From an uncultured Methanosarcinales archaeon (GTDB taxonomy: Archaea; Nanobdellota; Nanobdellia; Woesearchaeales; UBA583), in contig CAZULG010000001.1 of the NCBI GenBank assembly GCA_964621065.1, forward strand, positions 218,124 through 282,123: a DNA stretch of 64,000 nucleotides, read 5' to 3'. A program made the translations under genes and the position numbers. The notes beneath the pieces were generated by a model, which was given only the letters and a program-made list of their open reading frames with translations, made no database searches and was not told where the DNA came from. Below, in pieces: positions 9,013 through 19,200 of this stretch. Position 1 is the first letter of the stretch, and every line of letters begins with the position of its first letter.

Positions 9013-9645
9013 ATGAAACGATTTGTTCTTCTCACGCAAGTGCACACTAAAATTACTTCTTCAAATCTTCAATCTCAAGGGCGTCTTGATATTGTTTTGC
9101 ACTCAATTATCACATCCCTCTTCATCTCACACACATTTCGCCAAGACACCATTCTTGAAATTATTTGCATGGGACCTCCCTTAAATCCTCGAAAAATTAC
9201 TATTCAATATCATCAAGATGCAACGCTCTCTAAGAAAAATTTGAAAAAGACAATTGAATTAGCTCTCAATAAATGTAAATCAACACAGCCTTTAGAGGTT
9301 CATCCTGGTGTTATTGTTGAAGAGATTAATGTTGATAATTATATAACACAACTCATTGAAGATGAGAAGAATTTTTGTGCAATACTAGACTCATATGGGA
9401 CATTACTCAAAGAGTATTCTAATGAAATTTCGCAAATTCTTCACAAAACACATAGAACATATGAAAATATCATATTCTTCCTAGGAGATCATAAAGGAAT
9501 TTCAAAAAAGATGAGAAAAAACTTGAAGAAAAAAACTCATAGAATCTCCCTTGGAGATAATGTATATTTTACTTCGCAGGTTTGTACAATCTTGCATTAT
9601 GAAATGGACATATTAGAAAATGAGAAAAGAATAAGAGAAGAGTAA
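9013..9645 (+). CDS. trmY: SPOUT methyltransferase, TrmY-like (tRNA pseudouridine54 N1-methyltransferase family)
   Basis: QGRLDIVLHSIITSLFISHTFRQDTILEIICMGPPLNPRKITIQY, FFLGDHKGIS and ISLGDNVYFTSQVCTILHYEMD parallel the conserved blocks of Methanocaldococcus TrmY (GRIDLL..SAF..SH; GPP.PP; FVLGDH.G; SLG...LASH). Confidence 0.65.
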   Translation: MKRFVLLTQVHTKITSSNLQSQGRLDIVLHSIITSLFISHTFRQDTILEIICMGPPLNPRKITIQYHQDATLSKKNLKKTIELALNKCKSTQPLEVHPGVIVEEINVDNYITQLIEDEKNFCAILDSYGTLLKEYSNEISQILHKTHRTYENIIFFLGDHKGISKKMRKNLKKKTHRISLGDNVYFTSQVCTILHYEMDILENEKRIREE

Positions 9646-9652
9646 TATATAA

Positions 9653-10120
9653 ATGATAATTGAAAAAAATAAAAATATAAACCAACACTACTTATGTATT
9701 GAATTCATTACATCTCCACAGAGTTATTTTCAAAATATTCAAATCAACTCCAAACTTCTCCAAGTTATTATTCCTCTTAGAGGACTCAAACACAACTATA
9801 AAATAACTCCCAAATTATTTCAAAAAGTTAATAACTCTCAATATCACAAATACGAACAAATTCAACCACTAAAACTTATCTTTGATTTCTCATCTTTTGA
9901 ACTAAAAACAACCCCTATTTCTCTTCAAAGTGTAATTGAATTGGAGCCAAAAGTTCATCAAAAAACAATTATCTCATTTATTGATTCAATACTATTTTGT
10001 CATCCTCAAACATATGTTAAATTACTCCAAGAACTTCAAGTTGAAAATGAATTAATTCTAGACTCTTCTCTTCTTATGAGAGTTGAAACTATTTTATCAT
10101 ATTTAAATGTATTAAAATAA
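9653..10120 (+). CDS. hypothetical protein
   Basis: 155-aa ORF starting 7 nt after trmY. No motif recognised. Confidence 0.4.
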   Translation: MIIEKNKNINQHYLCIEFITSPQSYFQNIQINSKLLQVIIPLRGLKHNYKITPKLFQKVNNSQYHKYEQIQPLKLIFDFSSFELKTTPISLQSVIELEPKVHQKTIISFIDSILFCHPQTYVKLLQELQVENELILDSSLLMRVETILSYLNVLK

Positions 10121-10135
10121 TAATTCTAATACTCA

Positions 10136-12622
10136 TTAATTGAAATCAAAGTCATCCAAATCAACTGTGTCATCATCATCAAATTCTTGTGCTTGTGAAT
10201 TATTCGCTTGATTTTGATTCCTCAACGTATTAATAACTCTTAGCGTAACAAGAACAATAATAATAAAGACAATAACTCCTGCTACAATTCCAATTATTAA
10301 TGTCCAACTCATTGAAACATTGTGCATGTATCTAATATCAACACGCTCAGCATATCCTGAATCAGAAGATATCAAAATTGAATCAGTTGTATTTTGAAAT
10401 GACTCAAGCATTGAGACATCATCTGCTGAAAATTGAATAATTCTTCTTCCATCTTCTCTGATAAAAAAGCTAGGATTTGAAATCTCAACTAATCCTAAAA
10501 ATGTGTTTTCAAATTGCAATGAAATTTCTTGCTCATCTTCAACAATGCTATTTACAACCAATTGAGCAGAATTAAAATCATCAATTAATAATTCTTCTCC
10601 TTGCATAGTCTCGCTCTCAACAGTAAATGTTGGATCTTGCTCTTGAACATCAACAAATCCGGTTATTTCAATAACATCATCGTCTCTTCTACATGTGAGT
10701 TGAACTTCCATCTCTCCAGTTTGAAAATCAGTATTTGAAATGGTCAATATATTTACTTCACGATTTAAAGTTATATCTCGATTTTTGTTAGTAAAAGAGT
10801 TCGTGTATTCACAACTCAACTCAATATCAGGCTCATTATGTGTAACTTCTACTTCAATTATTGGCTCATCTTTAGAAAATTGTGAAGTATTAGATGAAAA
10901 TGAAATTAATTCAGGGGCTTTAATGATAAGTGGAACTGATATAAATTCTTCTCTACTGTTATCATTTGCAATTCCTGAGACTTTAATCATACCTTTTTTA
11001 TCCGTTAAAATGCTGCTTTGTGTTTCAATCTCAAACTCAATTTCATCATCTGCTTCAATAGTTCTTAAGTTTTTAGGAAATGAAATATATTGTTCAATTT
11101 CATCATCTACTTCAATTTCAATATTTTCAATTTCAAAAATGGAAGGGTTAAATAATGTAATAGTTGAGATTTCATCTAAGACTTGATTATAATCTATTGT
11201 CAAAAATGGACGTATGAATCTCTCAATACTCAAGTATGCAAGAGAGTTTCTCTGCGTGTTTCCCCAACCATTTCTTGGCTCTTCAAAATACATCCAATTC
11301 TCCGCATCTTCAATATAACTCTGCGCATTTAACTCTCTCATAGACTCAATTCCCCAATACGTTTCAAAAATCCTCTTATTCTCATTACCTCCTCCCCACG
11401 ATCCATCATTATTTTGAGAAAATTTCAAAAAATTTTCAGTAGCATCATCTTGAACTATTTTTGAGTACAGAGCAGTCAGAGTAACATCATCATCTTCTAA
11501 AATATACTCTCTATTGACGCTACTTGAATATTTGAAGTTCTCGATATAATTTACAAGCTCTGAGTAGTATTCTAAATCTTGTTCATAGGTAGCTAGTGCA
11601 TAAAGAGTTGAGAACCTATCACAAGAAGAATCTTCTCCGAAACAAAATGCCACATCGTCCCGATCATACTTAAAATTATCACTATCTTCTTCAGTAATAT
11701 TAAATTTCTCCTCGGAAGTTTCAATTGTAAAAATCATCTCATCAACTTCGTTGTTATTACAATCTATCTCGAAAGAAGAACTAAAACTTCTAGAGGAAAT
11801 ATTTTTAGACTGATCAACAGTAATTGTTCTATCTGAATCATCTGAATCATCAGTAAATACCTCACACTCAAAACTTCCATTAAAAGAAGATTTCATATTC
11901 AATTGAGTCCTAAATGTTGCACTCTCAAGTGTTGTATTAATAATTTGAGAATTCAAATAAATTTCACCATCTTGGATTAATCTGTTGGAGTCATCATATC
12001 CTGCAAGTTTTAAATTATACAAAATTTGAGTTGTATCTTTAATATCACAACTATTATCAGTCCAACATTTCTCATCATTGTCTCGCATATCTCGCAGTTT
12101 CTCATAAATTTCATTAGATTTAGCATTCATACCTTTAATTTTATTGTGAACTACAAGATAATATGACAAATCCAATGGATTACTTATTGATTCAAAATCT
12201 TGGGAGAGAACTCTATCAACAACTGAGCTCTCTTTTGTTGAGAGCAATTCTTTTGAATATAAAAAATCTTTAGAGTCTTGAGTATATGAAATCTCTAAAT
12301 CCCCTTCACATGTAATTTCTTCTAAATTTCCATAATAACACCCATTTGTTGAATATTGATTTAGCTCAATATCAACTTCGCTACTTCCTGAAGAACATAC
12401 GATTTGCGCTGAAACATCACTCATTTGTCCATTAACATTTTGCTCTGGACATACTTCAAATGTCAAAGGCTCATATTCTAGAAATCGAAGCGGATCAACT
12501 TCATTATCACTTTGTGTAAAATAATTTGGAGAATAAAAATTAACCTCACTTGAGTAGACAAAACTTGAAGTCGTAACTAATAAAAAAAACACCATTAGAA
12601 ACGATTTGTATAATATATTCAT
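10136..12622 (-). CDS. large secreted surface protein with C-terminal membrane anchor and QW-type (terpenoid-cyclase/prenyltransferase-like) repeats
   Basis: 828 aa. It has an N-terminal signal (FLMVFFLLVTTSSFVYS), a C-terminal helix WTLIIGIVAGVIVFIIIVLVTL and an acidic tail DDDDTVDLDDFDFN. Internal FSQNNDGSWGGGNENKRIFETYWGIESM resembles the Q..DG.W alpha-toroid repeat. Cys-rich N-terminal modules are present. Confidence 0.65.
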   Translation of the reverse strand: MNILYKSFLMVFFLLVTTSSFVYSSEVNFYSPNYFTQSDNEVDPLRFLEYEPLTFEVCPEQNVNGQMSDVSAQIVCSSGSSEVDIELNQYSTNGCYYGNLEEITCEGDLEISYTQDSKDFLYSKELLSTKESSVVDRVLSQDFESISNPLDLSYYLVVHNKIKGMNAKSNEIYEKLRDMRDNDEKCWTDNSCDIKDTTQILYNLKLAGYDDSNRLIQDGEIYLNSQIINTTLESATFRTQLNMKSSFNGSFECEVFTDDSDDSDRTITVDQSKNISSRSFSSSFEIDCNNNEVDEMIFTIETSEEKFNITEEDSDNFKYDRDDVAFCFGEDSSCDRFSTLYALATYEQDLEYYSELVNYIENFKYSSSVNREYILEDDDVTLTALYSKIVQDDATENFLKFSQNNDGSWGGGNENKRIFETYWGIESMRELNAQSYIEDAENWMYFEEPRNGWGNTQRNSLAYLSIERFIRPFLTIDYNQVLDEISTITLFNPSIFEIENIEIEVDDEIEQYISFPKNLRTIEADDEIEFEIETQSSILTDKKGMIKVSGIANDNSREEFISVPLIIKAPELISFSSNTSQFSKDEPIIEVEVTHNEPDIELSCEYTNSFTNKNRDITLNREVNILTISNTDFQTGEMEVQLTCRRDDDVIEITGFVDVQEQDPTFTVESETMQGEELLIDDFNSAQLVVNSIVEDEQEISLQFENTFLGLVEISNPSFFIREDGRRIIQFSADDVSMLESFQNTTDSILISSDSGYAERVDIRYMHNVSMSWTLIIGIVAGVIVFIIIVLVTLRVINTLRNQNQANNSQAQEFDDDDTVDLDDFDFN

Positions 12623-12740
12623 TCTTAATAATTAGTCAAAAATAACTGTTAAAAAATTAAGTGATTACTTCAAAATTAAAACTATTTATTTGTATAATAT
12701 TGATGAAAAATAATGATGAAGAAATTTTGTAAATATGAGA

Positions 12741-15644
12741 CTAAGAAATAAAAATTAAAGGTTTTGAGGGCATATGACTTTGTTTTAAATCAATATTTGT
12801 ATCTTCAAAAATTTTGACTGTGAGTCTTGTGAAATTAAACTCTTCTTTTATAAAATCAACTGCTCCCTTGATCAACTCAACTTCTTCTTGTTGAGACATA
12901 TAAAAGTGAAGTCCTGATTTTAATGTTTTAGGTACAAATTTAGATATAAATTTAGAATCCTCTGAAAAATTACTCTGCAATGTTTGCATCATCTCTTTCA
13001 CACTCACGCTTGTTTTAAACATCTTATCAATACTATTAAATAGTATAAATCTAAATTGTGGTGCAACAACTATTTCTAAAGAAGTTCCTTTTTTTAGTTC
13101 TTGTTGAGTTGCGATATCTTTAATTAGTTGTTCTATTATAGCTTCCTTTCCTAAAATTTCATCATTAATGAAGTATTGTTTTTTTTCTAAATCAATGCTC
13201 TCGTGTGAAACAAAAGTAGAGTTTCCCATTTGCTCCCATAACTCTTCACAAGTGTGAGGAATGACTGGAGTGAGAACTTTAATCAAATCTTCACTAATAA
13301 ATTTAACCACCTCATTTGCCTGGTTTGAATATAATCTTCGTTGCACATAACTTAAATCTTGCATAAATTCATAGACAATTTGTACATATGCTTCTCGAAG
13401 TTTCATCTCATTAAAAAATCCAAATGCAGTATTAACTCGTGTGTAAAATTTCGCAATAAGCCATTTTTGAGTATCGTTGAATGAATCATACTCAACAAGT
13501 GGAGATGGAATTGAGTCTTGAATTATCTCTTGTAATTTTTCAAATTTCTTTTTCACTTGCTCAACTTCATCATCTTTAAAATCCATCTCAACATCATAAT
13601 TTGAATTTGTAATTAAATACAATCTATATAAATCTGCTCCGTACACATCTTTTACTCTAAATAGTGGAGTTCCATTCCCTTTAGATTTTGAAATTTTTTC
13701 TCCATTTTTCATCATCATACTTCCAACTACAAGAGTAGTTGGCCACATACTCTTAGGAAAGATAAGACTATAGTGATAAATCAAATAATTTAAATGATTA
13801 GACATATGTGGAAGTCCAACATATCGATAATCAACATTATTCCAATATTGAACTTCTTCTCTACATTCTTGTATAATTTCTTTTTTAACACCAGTTATCT
13901 CAGACACATTACTCAATGTCCCATTTCCCAAATAAACATAATCAAAAAATTCAAATGATAATTGTTTAGAGTCAATTTGTTCTCTTTTTAAAATATGCAT
14001 TATCATATAGAGCATTTGATAAATTGTAGAATCACTCAGTGGTTCAATAATCCAACTCTCATCATAAGGTAACTTTGTACCAAGTCCTCTCTTTCTTGCA
14101 CATGGACGCAAATTTGCCCAATTCACATACCCTTTTTGTGTATTTTTCAAATTATGTGGTAAAAATTCTGCACTCTCAAGAAGTTTTAGAGCATTTGATT
14201 TAACTTCCTCATCACTATAGTCTAAAAACCACTGACCTGACAAATTTGCAACAATTACATCATCTCCTCCTCGAGTTTTTGCTCTTCTTGAAGTTTCATA
14301 TAAAGTTCCTCCTAAATGTAACTCTTCAAGTTTCTTCTTTGTTTTTTCAAATCCAATATTATTTTTCAAAGGTGTTTTATTAAACTCATCACCACAATTA
14401 ATCATCACAGCACCAAAATGTGACTCTTTATAGAGCTCTTTTTTCATCTCCTCAAGTTTTTCTTCATTTCCTTTTGTTGAATAAATCTTGTGCTGTAATA
14501 ATTTTGAATACGCAGGGATGTTGTCTTTATATTTGATCTCCTCTCCTTTCTTATCAAATGTTTGCGTTATAGGAGTTAATTGAAGCGGATCTTTGTCTTG
14601 AAATTCCTCTAGTGTTTTTCCTGGGAATGTGTGCTCAAATAAATACAAATAATCATGTACAGAATCAGCTGGTGAGGAGAAGACAATTCCTGTTGCGTGA
14701 TTTTCATCACAAAATTCTGCACTTAATACTGGAACAGTTTTATTAGTAATTGGAGCTATAACATTTTGACCAATAAATTCTTCTCCTTTATGCTCACTCA
14801 AATACTCTACATTATCAAATTGATGCTCAATTTTTACGTGACTCGCTTTACTCACAATCCAAATATCTCCATTTACCTTAAGTTTTACCAAATCCATATC
14901 TGGTTTTACATACATATTTGTAATTCCAAACAACGCGTCAGGACGCAAAGTTCCAGCAACTAAATATTCATTGCTACTCTCCAGCTTTGCCATGATGTAT
15001 GTCATCTCAGAAATAGATACTTTGTCAATGTCCCCATCTTTAATATCATCTTCTCCAACTGCATTTTCATCTTGAGCTGAGTAGAGAATTGGATATTTTC
15101 CTTGCTTTAACAATCCAAGATGTTTTAGTTTTGAATATTGCCACGCAATAAACGCGTTATATAAAGACTCTCCAGTTGTAAATTGACGCTCATACGAGAT
15201 ACTTGCTCCAATACTATCTAGAGATGCCTCAATAGTGTTTGAGAAAAAATCTGCAATATGTTGTGGGTCGTGAAATGTTTTTATTAAATCTTCTTGTTCT
15301 TGCTCATCAAACACATAATCAGATATTGCTTCTTTTACTTGTGCAATTACTTTTTCATCTCCTCTCTTTATTCCATCAGCTACAGCTAATACAGGCGTTC
15401 CTGAAATATGATAGCCAATTGGATAGAGAACATTTTTTCCTAATAATCGTTGATAACGTAAATACACATCTGCAATTGTGTACGTTCTTCCATGTCCAAT
15501 GTGCATCACAGAATTAGCATATGGGTATGCAACATTTCCAAAAAATTTTTCTTTTGAATTATCTACTGCAGTATCCCACGCTTTAGCTTCTTTCCACTTT
15601 TTTTGCCATTTTTGTTCAATAGATGATTGATTTTCAAGAGTCAT
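12741..15644 (-). CDS. leuS: leucyl-tRNA synthetase, archaeal/eukaryal type
   Basis: 967 aa with the HIGH motif (VMHIGHGRTY), the KMSKS motif (EKISKSKGN), an editing-domain insertion and an archaeal-type C-terminal extension. Confidence 0.95.
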   Translation of the reverse strand: MTLENQSSIEQKWQKKWKEAKAWDTAVDNSKEKFFGNVAYPYANSVMHIGHGRTYTIADVYLRYQRLLGKNVLYPIGYHISGTPVLAVADGIKRGDEKVIAQVKEAISDYVFDEQEQEDLIKTFHDPQHIADFFSNTIEASLDSIGASISYERQFTTGESLYNAFIAWQYSKLKHLGLLKQGKYPILYSAQDENAVGEDDIKDGDIDKVSISEMTYIMAKLESSNEYLVAGTLRPDALFGITNMYVKPDMDLVKLKVNGDIWIVSKASHVKIEHQFDNVEYLSEHKGEEFIGQNVIAPITNKTVPVLSAEFCDENHATGIVFSSPADSVHDYLYLFEHTFPGKTLEEFQDKDPLQLTPITQTFDKKGEEIKYKDNIPAYSKLLQHKIYSTKGNEEKLEEMKKELYKESHFGAVMINCGDEFNKTPLKNNIGFEKTKKKLEELHLGGTLYETSRRAKTRGGDDVIVANLSGQWFLDYSDEEVKSNALKLLESAEFLPHNLKNTQKGYVNWANLRPCARKRGLGTKLPYDESWIIEPLSDSTIYQMLYMIMHILKREQIDSKQLSFEFFDYVYLGNGTLSNVSEITGVKKEIIQECREEVQYWNNVDYRYVGLPHMSNHLNYLIYHYSLIFPKSMWPTTLVVGSMMMKNGEKISKSKGNGTPLFRVKDVYGADLYRLYLITNSNYDVEMDFKDDEVEQVKKKFEKLQEIIQDSIPSPLVEYDSFNDTQKWLIAKFYTRVNTAFGFFNEMKLREAYVQIVYEFMQDLSYVQRRLYSNQANEVVKFISEDLIKVLTPVIPHTCEELWEQMGNSTFVSHESIDLEKKQYFINDEILGKEAIIEQLIKDIATQQELKKGTSLEIVVAPQFRFILFNSIDKMFKTSVSVKEMMQTLQSNFSEDSKFISKFVPKTLKSGLHFYMSQQEEVELIKGAVDFIKEEFNFTRLTVKIFEDTNIDLKQSHMPSKPLIFIS

Positions 15645-15763
15645 ATGTTTAAAAAGAAGTTTTGATTTTAAATATTTTAGTATTATTTAGCTCAATTCAT
15701 AATTTATTATTATTCTCAGATGAGCGAAATCTGAAAAATTGAGTCTTCATATTTCAACACTAG

Positions 15764-15777
15764 TAAATATATTTAAA
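15764..15777 (+). promoter_or_regulatory. TATA-like box upstream of ribL
   Basis: taaatatatttaaa is centred about 30 nt upstream of the ATG at 15801. The track's first ATG (15777) abuts the box, which argues for the downstream start. Confidence 0.4.
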
Positions 15778-15800
15778 TGCTTCTCAACATCATTAATAAT

Positions 15801-16217
15801 ATGTCAACGACTGTTATGGTATTTGGAACATTTGATATTTTCCATAAAGGCCATGAATTCTATTTTCAAAAAGCAAAAGAGTATGGGGATAAACTTATTG
15901 TCGTTATTGCAAGAGATGAGACTGTTGCAAAAATAAAAGGCTTTCTGCCTCAAAATAATGAACAGAATAGACTTAAAACTATTGAGAAATCACATTTGAT
16001 TCACAAAGCCATTCTTGGAAATTTAGGAGATAAATTTAAAGTAATTGAAGAATATAAACCTGATGTATTGGTATTTGGATATGACCAACAATCATTTAAT
16101 ATAGGAATTGAAAAAGAATTGAAAAAGAGAAATTTAGAAGATATTAAAATAGTTCAAATCAAAGATGCACTAAAACCGCAAAAATATAAATCTTCTCTAT
16201 TTAAAGTTTCTAAATGA
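15801..16217 (+). CDS. ribL: archaeal FAD synthetase RibL (cytidylyltransferase-like nucleotidyltransferase)
   Basis: MVFGTFDIFHKGHEFYFQKAKEYGDKLIVVIARDETVAKIKG parallels MJ1179 RibL (GTFDILHPGH...ELIVIVARDETV.KLKG). The start was moved to the second ATG because of TATA position. Confidence 0.75.
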   Translation: MSTTVMVFGTFDIFHKGHEFYFQKAKEYGDKLIVVIARDETVAKIKGFLPQNNEQNRLKTIEKSHLIHKAILGNLGDKFKVIEEYKPDVLVFGYDQQSFNIGIEKELKKRNLEDIKIVQIKDALKPQKYKSSLFKVSK

Positions 16218-16248
16218 ATTAAATTGTGTAATTATTGAGATCGTAAGA

Positions 16249-16270
16249 ACAAATATTTATAAATATTTTA
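16249..16270 (+). promoter_or_regulatory. TATA-like box upstream of aglB
   Basis: aacaaatatttataaatatttt lies 17-38 nt upstream of the ATG at 16287. Confidence 0.4.
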
Positions 16271-16286
16271 TATTTTATTACAATAA

Positions 16287-19200
16287 ATGAGCTCCAAAAA
16301 ACAAAAACCTACGTCGCAATATTTTAAAAAAAATGCTTCTTCAAAGCATGATAGAGCAAAAAAAGAAGAATCAAAACACAATTCTACAACTCAACAACAT
16401 AAAGGAGTAGAACAAGAAGATTTTATTGAAACATTAAAAAGAATAGGAACATCAAAAATAACACACATGATAGGAATATTTTTTGTATTATTTGTTTTGA
16501 TGAGTGTTGCATATGATGTGAGAACCGGTGCTGTGGATTATGAGTCAAGTTGGACTTGTGAAGTAAAAAAAGTATTTGATGATTCAACAGTATGTAGTTT
16601 GAGAGATTCAATTCAACAATCAATTTATCAGCAAATTCAACAACTCATACAGCAACAACTACAACAACAATATCCAAATGCTCAAAACGAGCAGTTTATA
16701 CAACAAGAACTCGCTAATCGCTTTAATGAAGTGCTTGAGACAAATACATTTCAAGGCCAAGATTTAGATCAAATTGTTGAACTTCAATATCAAAATTATA
16801 AAGATAGTTTTCAAAGTGATAGCGGTCAAACCTATTTCACTGGAATAGATCCTTATTTTTATTTAGGAATTTCATCAAATTATTACCAAAATGGACATCC
16901 TGGAACAACGCTTGATGAGAATGGGACATCTATTATAGAATATCAACTCGCACCCCAAGGAAAAACTAGAAGTAATATTGATATGCATAGTTATGTGATG
17001 AGTCAAATGTATAATTTGAATAATTTAGATCCTCAAAGTGCAACTGCTGTTGAGAAAATGGAAGCTACATACACACTTCCTGCAATTCTTGCAATGCTCA
17101 CAATCATTCCACTGTTTTTTTTGCTGCGTTCTACAACAAACACTTCATTTGCAATTATTGGAAGTCTTGCTCTAACAACACTTGGTATTTATTTAAGTAG
17201 AACTCAAGGTGGGTTTGTAGATACTGATGGATATATTATATTTTTTGCAGTTTTAATTACAACAAGTTTATACTACGCATTCAAATCTCAAGCATTGTGG
17301 ATGAAACTCTCACTTTCAGGAATTTCAGGAGTATTTACAATATTATTTCAATGGGCTTGGGGAAATTCATGGTTCTTTATAATATTTGCATTTGTAGGAA
17401 TTTTAACAGTAATTGGATTTGAAATACTTTTTGTATTAAAAGACTATTTAAGGTCAAAAAAAAATAATAAAACAATAAACAATTTTTTCAAAGAAGTTTC
17501 CACAATTTCATATATTAGCAAGAATATTCCAGGATTATTTATTGGAGGAGTGTATTTTATAACTGTTGAATTATTAAATTTAATTACACGTCAAAGAGAG
17601 ATTTTAACGTTACTATACGAACAATTTTATTCAAGTGTTTCAAACCTTACAACTTCTACAACAGGAAATATCTGGCCAAATGTATTATCATCAGTAGCAG
17701 AGTTACAATCAACAAATGTTGAGAGAATATTTTCTCAACTTATTAATCAAGTTAGTACTGAGTTAACAATGTTTATCACATTATTATCTTTACTTGGAAT
17801 TTTTTCATATATCAATTCTAAATTTGATTATAAAACACTATTTCCTCAATACCACCCATTATTTACTCAATGGAGTTTTAATATTATCTACGTAGTAATT
17901 TTATTTTTATTATTATTCCAGTTTCAACAATTGAGCGTAAATTCTGCAATGTTATACTCAATTCTTCTTATTCTTCCTATTTTTATACTACTTGGTGTAT
18001 ACGCAATTACAAGAAATGATTCATATTCAAATATTCAACACCACGAGTTATTTTTTATTAGTCTACTTTTAATTTGGTTTGCAGGAGGAATATTTATGAG
18101 TCTTAATGGAGTTCGATTTATCCTCTTGCTAGGACCTGCATTTATATTTGTTATTGTATATGGATTGTATAAAATTATTGAACAAGCAGTTGAACTTTTA
18201 CGTTTAGAGTTTAAAAATATGAATGCTCTAAAAGCTCAAACTATTATGAGTGTGTTTGTTTTATTTATCTCACTTTTAATGTTGTCTGGTCAGATTAATC
18301 AAGCATATGCACAAACAAGTTCAAACACTCCTAATTTTGATGATAGTTGGTTTGAATTAATGGATTATGTTCAAGAAAATACGAGTGAAGATACAATTAT
18401 TAATTCATGGTGGGATTTTGGACACTTCTTTGCAGCAATTGGAAATCGAGGTGTGACATTTGATGGAGCATCTCAAGGAACTCCTGCTTCATATTGGACT
18501 GGAAACTGGTTGCTCACAAGTGATGAGACTAGAGCAGTTAATATTTTACAAATGCTCTCATGTTCACTTAATCAAGGGTTTGAGTATGCAGATTCAATTA
18601 TTGATGATAACTCTCAAGGTGTAAAATCATTCCATCTCATTGATGAGTTAATGAATTTAGAAGATGAAGAAGAGATGAGAGAATATTTAGAGAATTATGA
18701 AGAGCATAATTTTACTCAAGATGAGATAGATAAATTACTGAGTTTAATTCATTGTGAGGAGCCACGTCCAATGAGTTTGATTACTTCAGAGGATATGGTT
18801 CAAAAAGCAGGAGTTTGGGGTCATTGGGGGAGTTGGAATGCAACTCAAAAATACATATTAGATAATTACAACAAAATTAGTATTGAGGAGATGAGTGAGA
18901 ATTTAAGTTTAGATGCCTCAACAGTTGAAGAAAGTGTTAATGAATTAGAAGCAATTGATAGCAGAGCTAGAAATTTTGATGTGAGTAAAAATGATTTACA
19001 AAATCAATGGCTCGCACCATATCCTTCATATTTATCTCAACCAATTGAGTGTCAAATTGAAAATGATATTGTGAATTGTCAAAACCAACTACAAATCAAT
19101 TTAAGTGATCAAGACAATATTACAACTCAGGGACAAATCACTAGTGATTTTGATGTTTCAAGAATTATTATACCTAGTACAAATGATCTCTCAACATTTG

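Noticed and set aside
9653-10120. 155-aa ORF after trmY considered as an RNase P protein Pop5 homologue
   Set aside because: Only HYLCIEFITS resembles the RYIAFKVIS start of Pop5. Nothing else aligns by eye.
10740-11186. Track ORFs nested antisense or out of frame inside long, well-supported genes
   Set aside because: The full set is 1286-1501, 5123-5383, 10740-11186, 14766-14963, 15239-15517, 15739-15936, 16423-16623, 21983-22207, 22425-22610, 27527-27829, 28093-28305, 28793-29074, 30326-30583, 33491-33691, 35497-35700, 38204-38452, 40404-40595, 43613-43858, 45933-46148, 49458-49694, 50141-50389, 51207-51395, 52534-52755, 52957-53139, 54633-54872, 55456-55644, 55862-56047, 56707-56895, 59285-59566, 60245-60436, 60879-61088, 62072-62293 and 62912-63109. 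Each overlaps a longer ORF with recognisable motifs or coherent membrane or secreted architecture. Their translations are typical AT-rich shadow frames (Leu/Ile/Phe/Ser/Asn-rich with no motifs).
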